Of a stretch of 64,000 bases of DNA, positions 31,700-41,321 are shown one piece after another. The notes beneath the pieces were generated by a model. The model had not been told where the DNA came from, did not search any database, and saw only the letters and a program-made list of their open reading frames with translations. Each line of letters opens with the position of its first letter. The first letter of the stretch is position 1. The position numbers and the translations under genes are program-made. Source of the stretch: an uncultured Alphaproteobacteria bacterium (GTDB lineage Bacteria; Pseudomonadota; Alphaproteobacteria; RF32; CAG-239); NCBI GenBank assembly GCA_934248075.1, contig CAKQKH010000004.1:12658-76657 (forward strand). The letters run 5' to 3'.

Positions 31700-32526
31700 T
31701 TGCGCTTGTTGTTGCACGATTTTTTCCTTATAAAAATTCCTTGCCCTATGCCGGCTGACAATGCTTTCAGCCAATCCCAGCGTCCAAGTCGCGGCCGTCG
31801 GGCAATAACGTCGCCGCTTTCTATCTTTTTTAGCATAGAATTAGTTAAGGAAAAGATAACGCCGATTTCGGCTCTCAGCCTGCGATTCTGCACCAAATAC
31901 CGCAAAACTTCCGCGTCTTTCAGCATTGCGCGCAGCCGCCGGCAGATATCCCTTATCAGAGCCAAAAGCGGCGCGGTGGCGTTGGTCAGACACAAATCGG
32001 TTTCCGCCACTCCGAACTCCCGCATCATTTTTTGCGGCAGATAGCAGCGGCGCAGGTCGCAGGCGTCGGTTTTCAGATCCTGCAGGTGGTTGGCGATTTG
32101 CAGCACCGCGCACAAGGTTTCCGCCGGCAGATAAGTTGAGGCGCTTTCATCATGAATTGCCAGCATAAATCTGCCCACCGGCGCCGCCGAATAGCGGCAA
32201 TAGTCAAGCAACTGCTCCCAAATCTCGATTTTGTTTTCTTGAGCGTCACGCCGAAACGCCTCCAGCAAATCCATAAACAAGCTGTTGTCCAAATTCTCGG
32301 TGCGAAAAATTTGCCCCAGTTTTCCGGCGACGGTTTCATCTTGCGCCAAAAAGCTTTTCTCCATATTTTCCAGTCGTCGCAATTTTTCCGCTGTTGACAA
32401 ACTTGGATTATCGGCGACATCGTCAGCTTCCCGCGCCGCCAGATAATAAGCCGCAACTATCGGCCGCAACTTAGGGGCGATCAATTTTCCCACCGGAAAA
32501 TTTTCCTGTTCGGCGGTTTTACTCAT
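31687..32526 (-). CDS. hpnC: Hydroxysqualene synthase (squalene synthase HpnC)
   Basis: ENFPVG..., [13 protein letters not shown] and RDICRRL. The start overlaps the trmFO stop (ATGA). Confidence 0.82.
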   Translation of the reverse strand: MSKTAEQENFPVGKLIAPKLRPIVAAYYLAAREADDVADNPSLSTAEKLRRLENMEKSFLAQDETVAGKLGQIFRTENLDNSLFMDLLEAFRRDAQENKIEIWEQLLDYCRYSAAPVGRFMLAIHDESASTYLPAETLCAVLQIANHLQDLKTDACDLRRCYLPQKMMREFGVAETDLCLTNATAPLLALIRDICRRLRAMLKDAEVLRYLVQNRRLRAEIGVIFSLTNSMLKKIESGDVIARRPRLGRWDWLKALSAGIGQGIFIRKKSCNNKRKWTV

Positions 32527-33872
32527 AGCTTTTCCACCCATAAGCCAATAGCCTCAAGCGCGCGTTCGCAATAGGCTTGCTTGCGCTCTCCGCCTTTGAT
32601 TTTGCGAAATTTGCCATTGGCGGTGGTTTCGCCGCAGATAGTCGGAAACAGGCCGAAATTAATATTCATCGGTTGATAGTTTTCAATATTGGTGTCATCT
32701 TGCAAATGCCCCAGCATCGAGCCGAACGCCGACACGTCCGGCGGCAGGATAATCTCTTGCCCAAGAGCTTCTTCGGCGGCAAAATATCCGGCCAAAAATC
32801 CGATTGCCGCGCTTTCGATATAGCCCTCGCAGCCGGTGATTTGTCCGGCAAAAGAAATATTCGGTCGGCTCTTGAGGCGCAAATACTTATCCAGCAAAAT
32901 CGGACTTTTGATAAAGGTGTTTTTATGAATCCCGCCCAGTCTGGCGAATTCGGCGTTCTCCAACCCCGGAATCATCCGAAATATTCGTTGCTGTTCGCCG
33001 TGTTTGAGCTTAGTCTGAAACCCCACCATATTGCGCAGGGTGTCGTCTTTGTTGTCTTGCCGCAACTGTACCACGGCGTAAGGTTTTTGCTCCGGCCGGT
33101 GCGGGTTGGTCAGACCCACCGGTTTCATCGGGCCAAACAACAAGGTGTCTTTGCCTCTTTCCGCCATCACCTCAACCGGCAGACAGCCGTCAAAATACTC
33201 GGCCTTTTCAAAATCGTGAAATTCCACCTTGTCGCCGTCCAGCAGGGCTTGCACAAAGGCATAATATTCGTCTTTGTCGAGCGGACAGTTGATGTAGTCA
33301 AACTTATCGCCTTTGTCATAACGCGATTGGTACCAGGCCTTGTCAAAATTAATGCTGTCCTTATAGATTACAGGTGCGATCGCGTCATAAAAATTCAGCG
33401 ATTGATTGTCCGTCTCGCGCAGGATTGCCGCGGTCAGTTGCGGCGAGGTGAGGGGGCCGCTGGCAATAATCCACCGACCGGCATCCGCCGCCGGCAGTTC
33501 GGTGATTTCGCCATATTCAAAGCTAATCAGCGGGTGATTGTGGAGTTTTTCGGTTACCATTTGCGCAAATCCGTCGCGGTCAACCGCCAGCGCTCCGCCG
33601 GCCGGCACTTTGGTTGCGTCGGCGCACTGCATAATCAATGAACCCGCCCGCCGCATTTCCTCATGCAACAATCCGACCGCGCTCATCTGGCAGTCATCAG
33701 AGCGCAAAGAGTTGGAGCAAACCAGCTCGGCGCAATATCCGGTTTTGTGCGCCGGAGAAGTCTTTTGCGGGCGCATTTCGTGAATAATCACGCTCACCCC
33801 GCGTTGCGCCAACTGCCACGCGGCTTCAGATCCGGCCAGTCCGGCGCCGATAATATGTATGGTTGCGACCAT
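32523..33872 (-). CDS. trmFO: Methylenetetrahydrofolate--tRNA-(uracil54-C5)-methyltransferase
   Basis: [26 protein letters not shown] and [16 protein letters not shown]. Confidence 0.92.
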   Translation of the reverse strand: MVATIHIIGAGLAGSEAAWQLAQRGVSVIIHEMRPQKTSPAHKTGYCAELVCSNSLRSDDCQMSAVGLLHEEMRRAGSLIMQCADATKVPAGGALAVDRDGFAQMVTEKLHNHPLISFEYGEITELPAADAGRWIIASGPLTSPQLTAAILRETDNQSLNFYDAIAPVIYKDSINFDKAWYQSRYDKGDKFDYINCPLDKDEYYAFVQALLDGDKVEFHDFEKAEYFDGCLPVEVMAERGKDTLLFGPMKPVGLTNPHRPEQKPYAVVQLRQDNKDDTLRNMVGFQTKLKHGEQQRIFRMIPGLENAEFARLGGIHKNTFIKSPILLDKYLRLKSRPNISFAGQITGCEGYIESAAIGFLAGYFAAEEALGQEIILPPDVSAFGSMLGHLQDDTNIENYQPMNINFGLFPTICGETTANGKFRKIKGGERKQAYCERALEAIGLWVEKL

Positions 33873-34023
33873 AGGCTTGTTCCTCAAAAACCAAAAATTA
33901 TCTTTTTATATATTTTTTGCGCCCGAATGTAAACAAAAACTTCTTATGATAAGTCGAGCATAACATTTGCCATTGGTGACAAATGCGAATATAGTAAAAG
34001 AAATTAAACAGAGAAAAGTAACA

Positions 34024-35199
34024 ATGAAAACGCGTTTTATAGTTTTGGCGGCATTGGTGCTGGCGTTCGGACTGCCGACCAACGCCCGTTCCAGTGAAGA
34101 TGAAGATCCGTTTATGTTCGGAGACGAGATTCCGGTTGAGGATCCGGAGGCCGATTCTGCTGCGGCTGCGCCGGTCAATCCCATTACCTGGCATGAGGAA
34201 TCAGCTCCGGCGTTACAAAGCACTCCGCAGTTTGAGTCGGATTTCACTCCGCCGCCGTCAGATTCTGCTGAGCCGCAACCTTTGCCTGCCACTCCGTCGC
34301 CGCAAACTCTGGCGCAACCGCAGGCACCGGCGCCAACATCTCCGGCGGTTGAAGATCCCGCTCCCGCGCCTTCGGCCGTGACTGCCGGCAAGGAACCGAC
34401 CCTGACAGACACCCTCAAACAAGATCCCGACACCCAAAAACCGATTCTTCCGGCCAAAGTTGAAGAATCTTGGGTGGGCAAACTAACCACCGGCAATCCG
34501 TTGTCATTGATCGGCGGAGATAAATCTTCGGCCGGCGGCGCCAGTTTGGAGCAATTGGTTGACAGCGCTCGCGATTCTAAGGCCAACAGCAACCGCCGCT
34601 CCAACGCCTCGGTTTTTGATATATCCGGCGTAATGTTGCGCATGAGCCTCAAACAGGTTGATGAAACCATGCAAAACCGCGGTTTTCGCAAGATTATGCA
34701 AAAATATCAGATTCCCAATTTCATCAAATGGCGCAATGAGGAATATTGCCGCAACACCGGCGTGGTTGGCTATGAGCGGATAGAATCCTGCGTGACCCAA
34801 AAAGCCAAAAAAGATCAACATCAATATGTGCAGACCGCCAAATACGCCAAATATGACACCAAAGAGGAGGTTGAAGTTACCTTCAGCAGCAATTTCACCG
34901 ACAACAAGGTGATTAAGATTGTCTATCACAGTCAGGCGGCCAACGTTAGCGGCAATAGTCCCAAGGCCAATTATTTGCGCAACATAAAAATTTACGATTT
35001 TTGGAAAAAAATTAACCAAAAATTTGGTAAACCCGATGATAAAGAGAACGTAATTTGGGGCATGGGCGGCAACAAGCCTTTTCTCAAGGCGGCAACCGGA
35101 TACTTGCAACTGGAAGATCCAATGCTGCGAGAGCTTGATTATACCCGTATGTCCAGAGAAGATCAGCGCTATCTAAACACGGATTTATATAGTTTTTAG
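34024..35199 (+). CDS. Secreted protein with a Pro/acidic-rich linker and an uncharacterised C-terminal domain
   Basis: Signal peptide MKTRFIVLAALVLAFG, a roughly 130-aa P/A/E/S-rich low-complexity region, then a globular C-terminal half. Confidence 0.6.
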   Translation: MKTRFIVLAALVLAFGLPTNARSSEDEDPFMFGDEIPVEDPEADSAAAAPVNPITWHEESAPALQSTPQFESDFTPPPSDSAEPQPLPATPSPQTLAQPQAPAPTSPAVEDPAPAPSAVTAGKEPTLTDTLKQDPDTQKPILPAKVEESWVGKLTTGNPLSLIGGDKSSAGGASLEQLVDSARDSKANSNRRSNASVFDISGVMLRMSLKQVDETMQNRGFRKIMQKYQIPNFIKWRNEEYCRNTGVVGYERIESCVTQKAKKDQHQYVQTAKYAKYDTKEEVEVTFSSNFTDNKVIKIVYHSQAANVSGNSPKANYLRNIKIYDFWKKINQKFGKPDDKENVIWGMGGNKPFLKAATGYLQLEDPMLRELDYTRMSREDQRYLNTDLYSF

Positions 35200-35209
35200 G
35201 ACAATTAAT

Positions 35210-35806
35210 ATGAATTATTCAGTTTCTGAGTTAATCTGCACGCGCATTAGCCACGATATCATCGGCAATATCGGGGCGGTTGCCAACGCGGCGGAGTTGC
35301 TGGAAGAAGGCGATATGGAGTTTTTAGATGACATCAAGTCGATTCTCAAAACCAGCTCCGGAGTTTTGGCGGCCAGACTAAAGTTTTTTCGCATGGCCTT
35401 TGGGGTCAATAACGCCAATTTGCAAGATTCGCTCAAAGTTAAAACCGCGATTGCCGAATATTTGGCAACCGTTGGCGGCAAAAATCCGCCGTCTTTGCGT
35501 TTTGAGTTAGAATCGATGCGTTTTTCCAGAGTGGTTATGCTTGCGGTTATGGCGCTGGCGGATTTGCTGATTCGCGGTGGTGTCATCACTGTGGCGGAGC
35601 AGGGCGGCAAGGTGATTGTCGCTCCTGAGGCCGATGCCCGTCTGGCGTCTGAAAAATTAGCTCAGTCGGTTAGTGTGTTGGCCTCAACCGCTTCTGAGGT
35701 CAGCGCTCAAGACGCGCCGTTGTTGTATTTGTTGGAGCAATGCCGCGCTCAAGGAATCAAACTTTTATACCGCAGCAATCCGGTGCTGTGTTTTGTGTTG
35801 GAGTAG
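35210..35806 (+). CDS. chpT: Histidine phosphotransferase ChpT
   Basis: LICTRISHDIIGNIGAVANAAELLEE and FFRMAFG match the ChpT H-box region (Caulobacter LCHDFISPASAI...RVAFG). Confidence 0.75.
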   Translation: MNYSVSELICTRISHDIIGNIGAVANAAELLEEGDMEFLDDIKSILKTSSGVLAARLKFFRMAFGVNNANLQDSLKVKTAIAEYLATVGGKNPPSLRFELESMRFSRVVMLAVMALADLLIRGGVITVAEQGGKVIVAPEADARLASEKLAQSVSVLASTASEVSAQDAPLLYLLEQCRAQGIKLLYRSNPVLCFVLE

Positions 35807-35809
35807 ATA

Positions 35810-36178
35810 ATGCCTAAATGTCTGATTGCAGATGATTCTAAGATTATGCGTATGCTGTTGCGCAAGATTATGGAAAACTTTGGCTTTGACGTTGCGGAGG
35901 CGGAAGACGGGGAAGATGTTTTGGAGCAATGCCTAAAGCTCCGTCCTGAGCTGATAATCAGTGATTGGTCTCTGCCGTTGATAGACGGCATAGATGTGTT
36001 GTACAAAATTCGCGCTGATCGCAAGATCAAACAGCCGTTGTTTGTTTTTTGCTCGTATATCACCGACGCGGCGGTTATTCGTCAGGCGTTGGACGGCGGC
36101 GCCGATGATTTTATCATGCGTCCGTTTGATGAAGATATCATTGCCAGCAAATTGGCTATTTTGGGGTTGTTGTCATGA
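35810..36178 (+). CDS. Single-domain CheY-like response regulator
   Basis: ADDS acidic pocket and phospho-acceptor IISDWSLP. The conserved KP reads as RP (FIMRPF). Confidence 0.85.
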   Translation: MPKCLIADDSKIMRMLLRKIMENFGFDVAEAEDGEDVLEQCLKLRPELIISDWSLPLIDGIDVLYKIRADRKIKQPLFVFCSYITDAAVIRQALDGGADDFIMRPFDEDIIASKLAILGLLS

Positions 36179-37116
36179 AAAAACAAGACTTTGAGTTTTT
36201 GGTGTCTCTGCTGCGGGATAACGCCGGTTGGGAGTTTGACGAGGAGCAATATTTTGTTGTCGATAAAAAGATGTCAAATTTTATCCGCGAAAAAGGCTAT
36301 GCTTCCGTAGAGGAGCTGATTGGCGAGCTAAAAACCGGCAACAAGCCGTTGACCGCGCAGGTGGTTGAGAGCATGGCTTTTTCAGACACCTCGTTTTATC
36401 GTGATTATGATGTCTTCATGCGTTTTGAAAACTCGGTTTTGCCCAATCTGCGGGAGAATAACCGCGCCAACAAAAAACTGCGTTTTTGGAGTTTGGGCTG
36501 CAGCACCGGACAAGAGACTTATTCCATAGCCTTTGCTATCAAGCGCAAATTTATAGGTTTGGACAGCTGGAACATAGATATTCTCGGCACAGATATTTCT
36601 TCTTTGGCCATAGCCAAGGCGCAACGCGGCGCATATAGCAATTTTGAGGTGCAAATGGGGCTTAACGCGCGTATGATTCTGGAGTTTTTTCATCAGGACG
36701 GCAGCGGCCAGTGGCAGGTTAATGAAGACATTGCCAAAATGGTGGAGTTCCGCCGTTACAATATGCTTGATGACGTAACATTCACCGATAAATTTGAGGT
36801 TGTGTTCTGTCGCAATGTCTTGCGTTATTTTGCCGCCGAGCATCAACAGCGGATTTTGCAGCGCATCAGCAGCTGTCAAAACGCCGGCGGTATTTTATAT
36901 TTGGGCAAAAATGAGCATATCCGCGGCATTGATGAATATTATGACAAGTTGGACGGCTACAATTGCGTCTATGCTTGCAAAGGCATAAACTCAGAACGTC
37001 CGCGGTTGCAGACTTCTCCTGAGAACGCCGGAGTAGATGTCGGCATGCCTCGTTTTGTTAGACCCGACGCTCTCACCGCCAAGCGTCCTTTGGCCTCGGA
37101 GCTGATAAAGAAATAA
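36175..37116 (+). CDS. cheR: Chemotaxis protein methyltransferase CheR
   Basis: TSFYRD, RFWSLGCSTGQETYSIA and VFCRNVLRYF. Confidence 0.88.
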   Translation: MKKQDFEFLVSLLRDNAGWEFDEEQYFVVDKKMSNFIREKGYASVEELIGELKTGNKPLTAQVVESMAFSDTSFYRDYDVFMRFENSVLPNLRENNRANKKLRFWSLGCSTGQETYSIAFAIKRKFIGLDSWNIDILGTDISSLAIAKAQRGAYSNFEVQMGLNARMILEFFHQDGSGQWQVNEDIAKMVEFRRYNMLDDVTFTDKFEVVFCRNVLRYFAAEHQQRILQRISSCQNAGGILYLGKNEHIRGIDEYYDKLDGYNCVYACKGINSERPRLQTSPENAGVDVGMPRFVRPDALTAKRPLASELIKK

Positions 37117-37135
37117 GCTGTTGTAGCAACTATTC

Positions 37136-37335
37136 TTAACAATAGTCACCAATGTCATTGCTTCTCACGGCTGACCGCCGCTCGCACAATGACCCGCACG
37201 GCTCCGCATGATGTCATTCCGGCGCACGCCGGAATCCAGTAAAATATTGCCTCTCATTCCTCCCCTTGATTTCAAGGCCACACCTCTTATTCCTCCCCTT
37301 GATTTCAAGGGGAGGTTAGGAGGGGTTTAAAATTC
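37136..37335. repeat. Dispersed short palindromic repeat modules
   Basis: gtcattgcttctcacggctgaccgccgctcgcacaatgac, gtcattccggcgcacgccggaatccag, and 1.5 copies of attcctccccttgatttcaaggggaggttaggaggggtttaaaat. Confidence 0.85.
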
Positions 37336-37373
37336 TTCTTCTGTAATATCTTTCAATTTGTATGCAGATAAAT

Positions 37374-37724
37374 CTAAATCTCTTCCAATTTTTCTTTTAT
37401 AAGAGCAAGGCAACCGTCAATATTACTAAGTATTTCATTATTCCAAAAACGCAATATTCGGCATCCTCTTTGCGCTAAATATTCATCTCTTATTTTGTCC
37501 TGAATATTATCACAGTGTTGTCCACCATCTAATTCAATTATCAATTTCTTTTGCGGACAGTAAAAATCAACAATATATTTATTATCGAATATATATTGTC
37601 TAATAAACCTGCAACCTAAACCATGAGCGCGTAAAATTGCCCACAGTTTTCGCTCTGCCAAAGTCATATTGGCTCTTAAAGTACTAGCGTTTTGTCTTAA
37701 AATTTGATGTCTTGCTTTTTGCAT
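37374..37724 (-). CDS. DUF559 (Vsr-like) endonuclease-domain protein
   Basis: MTLAERKLWAILR...RFIRQ...YIVDFYCPQKKLIIELDGGQH...D..RDEYL...G..ILRFWNNEI is the standard DUF559 pattern. Confidence 0.85.
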   Translation of the reverse strand: MQKARHQILRQNASTLRANMTLAERKLWAILRAHGLGCRFIRQYIFDNKYIVDFYCPQKKLIIELDGGQHCDNIQDKIRDEYLAQRGCRILRFWNNEILSNIDGCLALIKEKLEEI

Positions 37725-37737
37725 TCTTGTCTCAAAT

Positions 37738-38195
37738 ATTTAAACCCCACTCACTCTCCCCTTGAAATCAAGGGGAGAAGTTAGATAGTGCACCCTTTGA
37801 TTCCTCCCCTTTATTCCAAGGCCATATCTCATTCCTCCCCTTTATTCCAAGGCCATATCTCATTCCTCCCCTTTATTCCAAGGCATATCTCATTCCTCCC
37901 CTTAATTTTAAGGCCGCACCTCTTATTCCTCCCCTTAAAATTAAGGGGAGAAGCAATATCGTACTTTCTTCTTATTCCTCCCCTTGATTTCAAGGGGAGG
38001 TTAGGAGGGGTTTAAAATTAGAAGCAATCCATATTGTTTCTTGATAAAAATGGATTGCTTCTCACGGCTGACCGCCGCTCGCGCAATGACTTTTAAACCC
38101 CACTCACTCTCCCCTTGAAATCAAGGGGAGAGGTTAGATAGTGCACCCTTTGATTCCTCCCCTTGATTTCAAGGGGAGGTTAGGAGGGTTTTAAT
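37738..38195. repeat. Repeat field: inverted stem-loop units plus a six-unit tandem array (37800-38025) of 30-50-bp units beginning attcctcccctt
   Basis: Three near-identical 30-31-bp units (attcctcccctttattccaaggccatatctc) are followed by three longer variants. Units of ctccccttgaaatcaaggggag / ctccccttgatttcaaggggag flank the array, and an A-type hairpin sits at about 38025-38090. Confidence 0.9.
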
Positions 38196-38265
38196 AACAA
38201 CACCACTCAAATTTGCAAAATTATAGCAAGGAGGGGTTTAATCAAACAATACTGCAATTTTCCTG

Positions 38266-38955
38266 CTATTTCATCGGCAGATCGGGATCGCGCAACACAT
38301 AACCACGGCCCCAAACCGTCTCGATATAATTCTTACCGCCGGAAGCTTTTTCCAGCTTTTTGCGCAATTTGCAAATAAACACGTCGATAATTTTGAGTTC
38401 CGGCTCATCGATTCCTCCATAGAGGTGGTTGAGGAACTGATCTTTATTCAGGGTTGAACCTTTGCGCAAAGACAACAGCTCCATAATGCCGTATTCCTTG
38501 CCGGTCAGGTGCAGAGCCTTGCCACAAACGCTGACAGTCTGATTATCCAGATTAACCTCAACATCGCCGGTGCGGATAATCGAATTCGAGTGTCCTTTGG
38601 AGCGACGAACCACGGCCTGAATTCTTGCCAGCAGTTCAGACTTGTCAAACGGCTTGGTCAGGTAGTCATCAGCGCCATAGCCCAGCCCTTTAACCTTTTT
38701 GTCCGGCTCGGTCAAACCGGATAGAATCAGCACCGGAGTATTGACCTTAGATGCGCGAAGATTTTTCAGCACCTCATAGCCGTTCATATCCGGCAACATC
38801 AGATCCAGAATGATGATATCATAATCATAGAGCTTGCCGATTTCCAGGCCGTCTTCGCCCAGGTCGGTGGTGTCAACAATCATGCCCTCTTTTTTGAGCA
38901 TAGTTTCAATACTTTGCGAGATGGCGTAGTCATCTTCCACTAATAAAACACGCAT
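38266..38955 (-). CDS. ctrA: Cell-cycle master response regulator CtrA (OmpR family)
   Basis: MRVLLVEDD...[16 protein letters not shown]...[17 protein letters not shown]...[12 protein letters not shown]...[13 protein letters not shown] is close to canonical CtrA. Confidence 0.92.
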   Translation of the reverse strand: MRVLLVEDDYAISQSIETMLKKEGMIVDTTDLGEDGLEIGKLYDYDIIILDLMLPDMNGYEVLKNLRASKVNTPVLILSGLTEPDKKVKGLGYGADDYLTKPFDKSELLARIQAVVRRSKGHSNSIIRTGDVEVNLDNQTVSVCGKALHLTGKEYGIMELLSLRKGSTLNKDQFLNHLYGGIDEPELKIIDVFICKLRKKLEKASGGKNYIETVWGRGYVLRDPDLPMK

Positions 38956-39112
38956 ATTTGCTCCCCCATAAAAGAATATTGCTTTTCATATGCCAACATC
39001 TTAACGCTATTTTTTGCTAATGTTAACTTTTTTGATAGGGCTGTTAATAATTATTAACAACAAACCGCCTTGTCTAAGAACAAGGCGGCTTGCGTGGGTT
39101 ATTAGCGGAAAT

Positions 39113-40273
39113 TTATAAGGATGAACAAGACACCTTAGTGCAGTTTCCATCTACACAATCAACTGTAACATTATTATCCGTGTTGCAATAGTTGAAATAA
39201 GTTGCTGTATCACCATCAAATGATACCTTACATGTGTTATAACCACTAGAGCTTCCTGTGTCGCAAATAAGCTTGGCTGTTACCGTTTGACCAACAGGAG
39301 CATGAATATCCAAAGATGTATATCCGTAAGCAGCTACTGCTGCCTGCCCAATTGAACCGCCTTTCATGAAATACAATGAGGCAACTGTGTCATAATTCAT
39401 GTATGACAAATTGTTGATTATTGTTTTTACATAAAATATCCCCTCAAAGTTCGCTGGGCCAGCTCCCCCCTCCGGAATACTTAAGTGGCTAATTGTTAAT
39501 GTCGGATTACTGTTTACTGAAGACGTCTTAGCGCATGGTTTTAATGTAGCAGCTTCAGAAAATATGAAAGTACCGGGGTTGTAATAGATACTCGATATTG
39601 TTACATTATTAGTCAGATAATATTTTTTTCCAGAAACCAATGAAGTGCTGGAATTTAACTCAATTCCGCCGGCATCGGCGATTGCCGTTGAGCAGGAAAT
39701 CGCTTGCGGCGTATCCGAACAATAGTGCTTGCCTGAGGTGTTGTCAGAAGTATTACAAACATTGCTACAGGTCTGCCACTCAGGATCATATTCAGTTGCC
39801 CCGGCACAGGGATCAACTTTTGTTATTAATACGGTTTCTACCGCATTGACCAAGTCTTGCATCGTATCAACTAAGCTAGGATCAGCATCATTGGCATCAT
39901 TACACGCGTTAACATCCATATTTAGACCAAGGTTTCCTAAAGCGCTACAAAGGTCAGATTGGTGGTAATAGTTATCTATAACACAGCGGATATTAGCGCT
40001 CAGGCTCCGCTCAATCGGATCCGAACAGTAACCACTCGCCCAATTATACAATATATCAAAAATCGGCGAACTGATAGTTACCGGTGTGTTGCATGCCACT
40101 TTGCTGGTGTCAAACGGACATTTGATGATGTTGTCGGCACCGCTGCATTGCGCCAAAGTTTTGGTGTAGCCTAGTGCGGCGCAGTCTTGTTTAACACAAG
40201 TAGTATCGGCTTGCGCGCCCAGCGCCCAGAAGGAAAAAGCCGAAACAAATAACAACATTTTACGATTAAACAT
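39113..40273 (-). CDS. Secreted cysteine-rich protein (386 aa), uncharacterised
   Basis: Signal peptide MFNRKMLLFVSAFSFWALGAQA, RBS gaggag, an N-terminal Cys module CVKQDCAALGYTKTLAQCSGADNIIKCPFDTSKVAC and many further Cys residues. Confidence 0.6.
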   Translation of the reverse strand: MFNRKMLLFVSAFSFWALGAQADTTCVKQDCAALGYTKTLAQCSGADNIIKCPFDTSKVACNTPVTISSPIFDILYNWASGYCSDPIERSLSANIRCVIDNYYHQSDLCSALGNLGLNMDVNACNDANDADPSLVDTMQDLVNAVETVLITKVDPCAGATEYDPEWQTCSNVCNTSDNTSGKHYCSDTPQAISCSTAIADAGGIELNSSTSLVSGKKYYLTNNVTISSIYYNPGTFIFSEAATLKPCAKTSSVNSNPTLTISHLSIPEGGAGPANFEGIFYVKTIINNLSYMNYDTVASLYFMKGGSIGQAAVAAYGYTSLDIHAPVGQTVTAKLICDTGSSSGYNTCKVSFDGDTATYFNYCNTDNNVTVDCVDGNCTKVSCSSL

Positions 40274-40284
40274 AATCTTTCTCC

Positions 40285-41133
40285 TCACAAACAGGCCGCA
40301 TAAGCGGAGCTATACGGACAGCGCACTATCATTTTATTTGCGCCGCAACTGGCATTTAACTTATATCCCAAAGCCTCGCAATTTGAAACATCGCACCAAT
40401 ATTCATAGTTCACGGCGCAGCCGGTGATTTTATACATCACCACAGAATCACAACCGGTGCATTCTTCATAGATAAAGCTGGCGGCAGGTTTGCTGGTCAG
40501 GTTAAAGTCGGCAGAGCAGGGCGAACAGGTTTTGCACCCGCCGGCCTCACACAATCCGGCGCAACCGTCAATTTCTTTCCCGGGGGCGCACCCCAGCTCG
40601 CAGTCGGACACCGCACCAACATATTTCTGCATATAGTCGCATTTTTCCAGACATTCGCTGCAATAAGCCGAACAGCCGCTAATGCTGGATGCGGCGCACC
40701 ATTTGCCCTCGTTCTCGCACTGGGTTTCTGAGGTCAGACCATAGCAGGCGTCGTCTTTACAGGCATATCTGGTTTCGCCGCTGGGTTTGTCGGTGCAAGA
40801 CGCTGAAGCGTCAACCACATATCCGGCGCTGCAACCTGTTGAGGTAGAGGTGGTCGGATAAACACTTGTTTTGCAGGTGCAGGATTTATATTTGCCGCCG
40901 CAAGAGCTGCCGCGATCATATTTGGTGGTCGGGCAGTCGCTGTCGGTATATTTGTATTCCGGAGGACAGGCCGGAGTGATAGTTCCGCCGCCGGAAATAC
41001 TGTCAGAACGGCTAGCGCTATATCGCATCGGCTGATCTTGATAGTCAGGCAGGTAATACGTCCTCGCGCTGGCGTCAAAAGCCGATACGCCAAGCCCCAT
41101 TGCGAGTATAAGCAACCATTGCATAGTCTTCAT
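40285..41133 (-). CDS. Secreted cysteine-rich protein (282 aa), uncharacterised
   Basis: Signal peptide MKTMQWLLILAMGLGVSAFDASA, RBS ggag, about 40 Cys residues, and a C-terminal module CDVSNCEALGYKLNASCGANKMIVRCPYSSAYAAC. The stop lies 11 nt upstream of the next start. Confidence 0.6.
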   Translation of the reverse strand: MKTMQWLLILAMGLGVSAFDASARTYYLPDYQDQPMRYSASRSDSISGGGTITPACPPEYKYTDSDCPTTKYDRGSSCGGKYKSCTCKTSVYPTTSTSTGCSAGYVVDASASCTDKPSGETRYACKDDACYGLTSETQCENEGKWCAASSISGCSAYCSECLEKCDYMQKYVGAVSDCELGCAPGKEIDGCAGLCEAGGCKTCSPCSADFNLTSKPAASFIYEECTGCDSVVMYKITGCAVNYEYWCDVSNCEALGYKLNASCGANKMIVRCPYSSAYAACL

Positions 41134-41321
41134 TTTTCCAAACTCCAAGGCTTCCACACCCATTAAATATAGAATAACTGATATTAATTTTACTGTCAAA
41201 CGGATATTTGCAAGTGTGACAAACTGTCATAAAAATGCAATAAATGTTAATAACCGTAAAAATAGCTGAAATTTATTTGAAATGGTTTTATATTAAAACA
41301 AATTTTATCAAGGGGAAGATT

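Noticed and set aside
32577-33641. 354-aa plus-strand ORF.
   Set aside because: It is antisense to trmFO, whose identity is unambiguous, and is Arg/Gln-rich shadow sequence.
33906-34691. 261-aa minus-strand ORF opposite the Pro-rich secreted protein gene.
   Set aside because: It is an antisense shadow of the low-complexity GC-rich region. The plus-strand ORF has a signal peptide, an RBS context and a globular C-terminal domain.
37788-38015. 75-aa plus-strand ORF (MHPLIPPLYSK...PPLDFKGRLGGV).
   Set aside because: It is encoded entirely by the tandem and stem-loop repeats, so the periodic peptide is a translation artefact of the repeats.
37800-38025. Possible CRISPR array (regularly spaced ~31-bp units).
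   Set aside because: The units are contiguous head-to-tail copies of one degenerate repeat with no unique spacers. No cas genes are nearby. They are truncated copies of the dispersed stem-loop element.
39044-39058. CtrA-box-like TTAA-taatta-TTAAC upstream of ctrA.
   Set aside because: The spacer is 6 nt, not the canonical 7 (TTAA-N7-TTAAC). In AT-rich intergenic DNA such near-matches are expected by chance.
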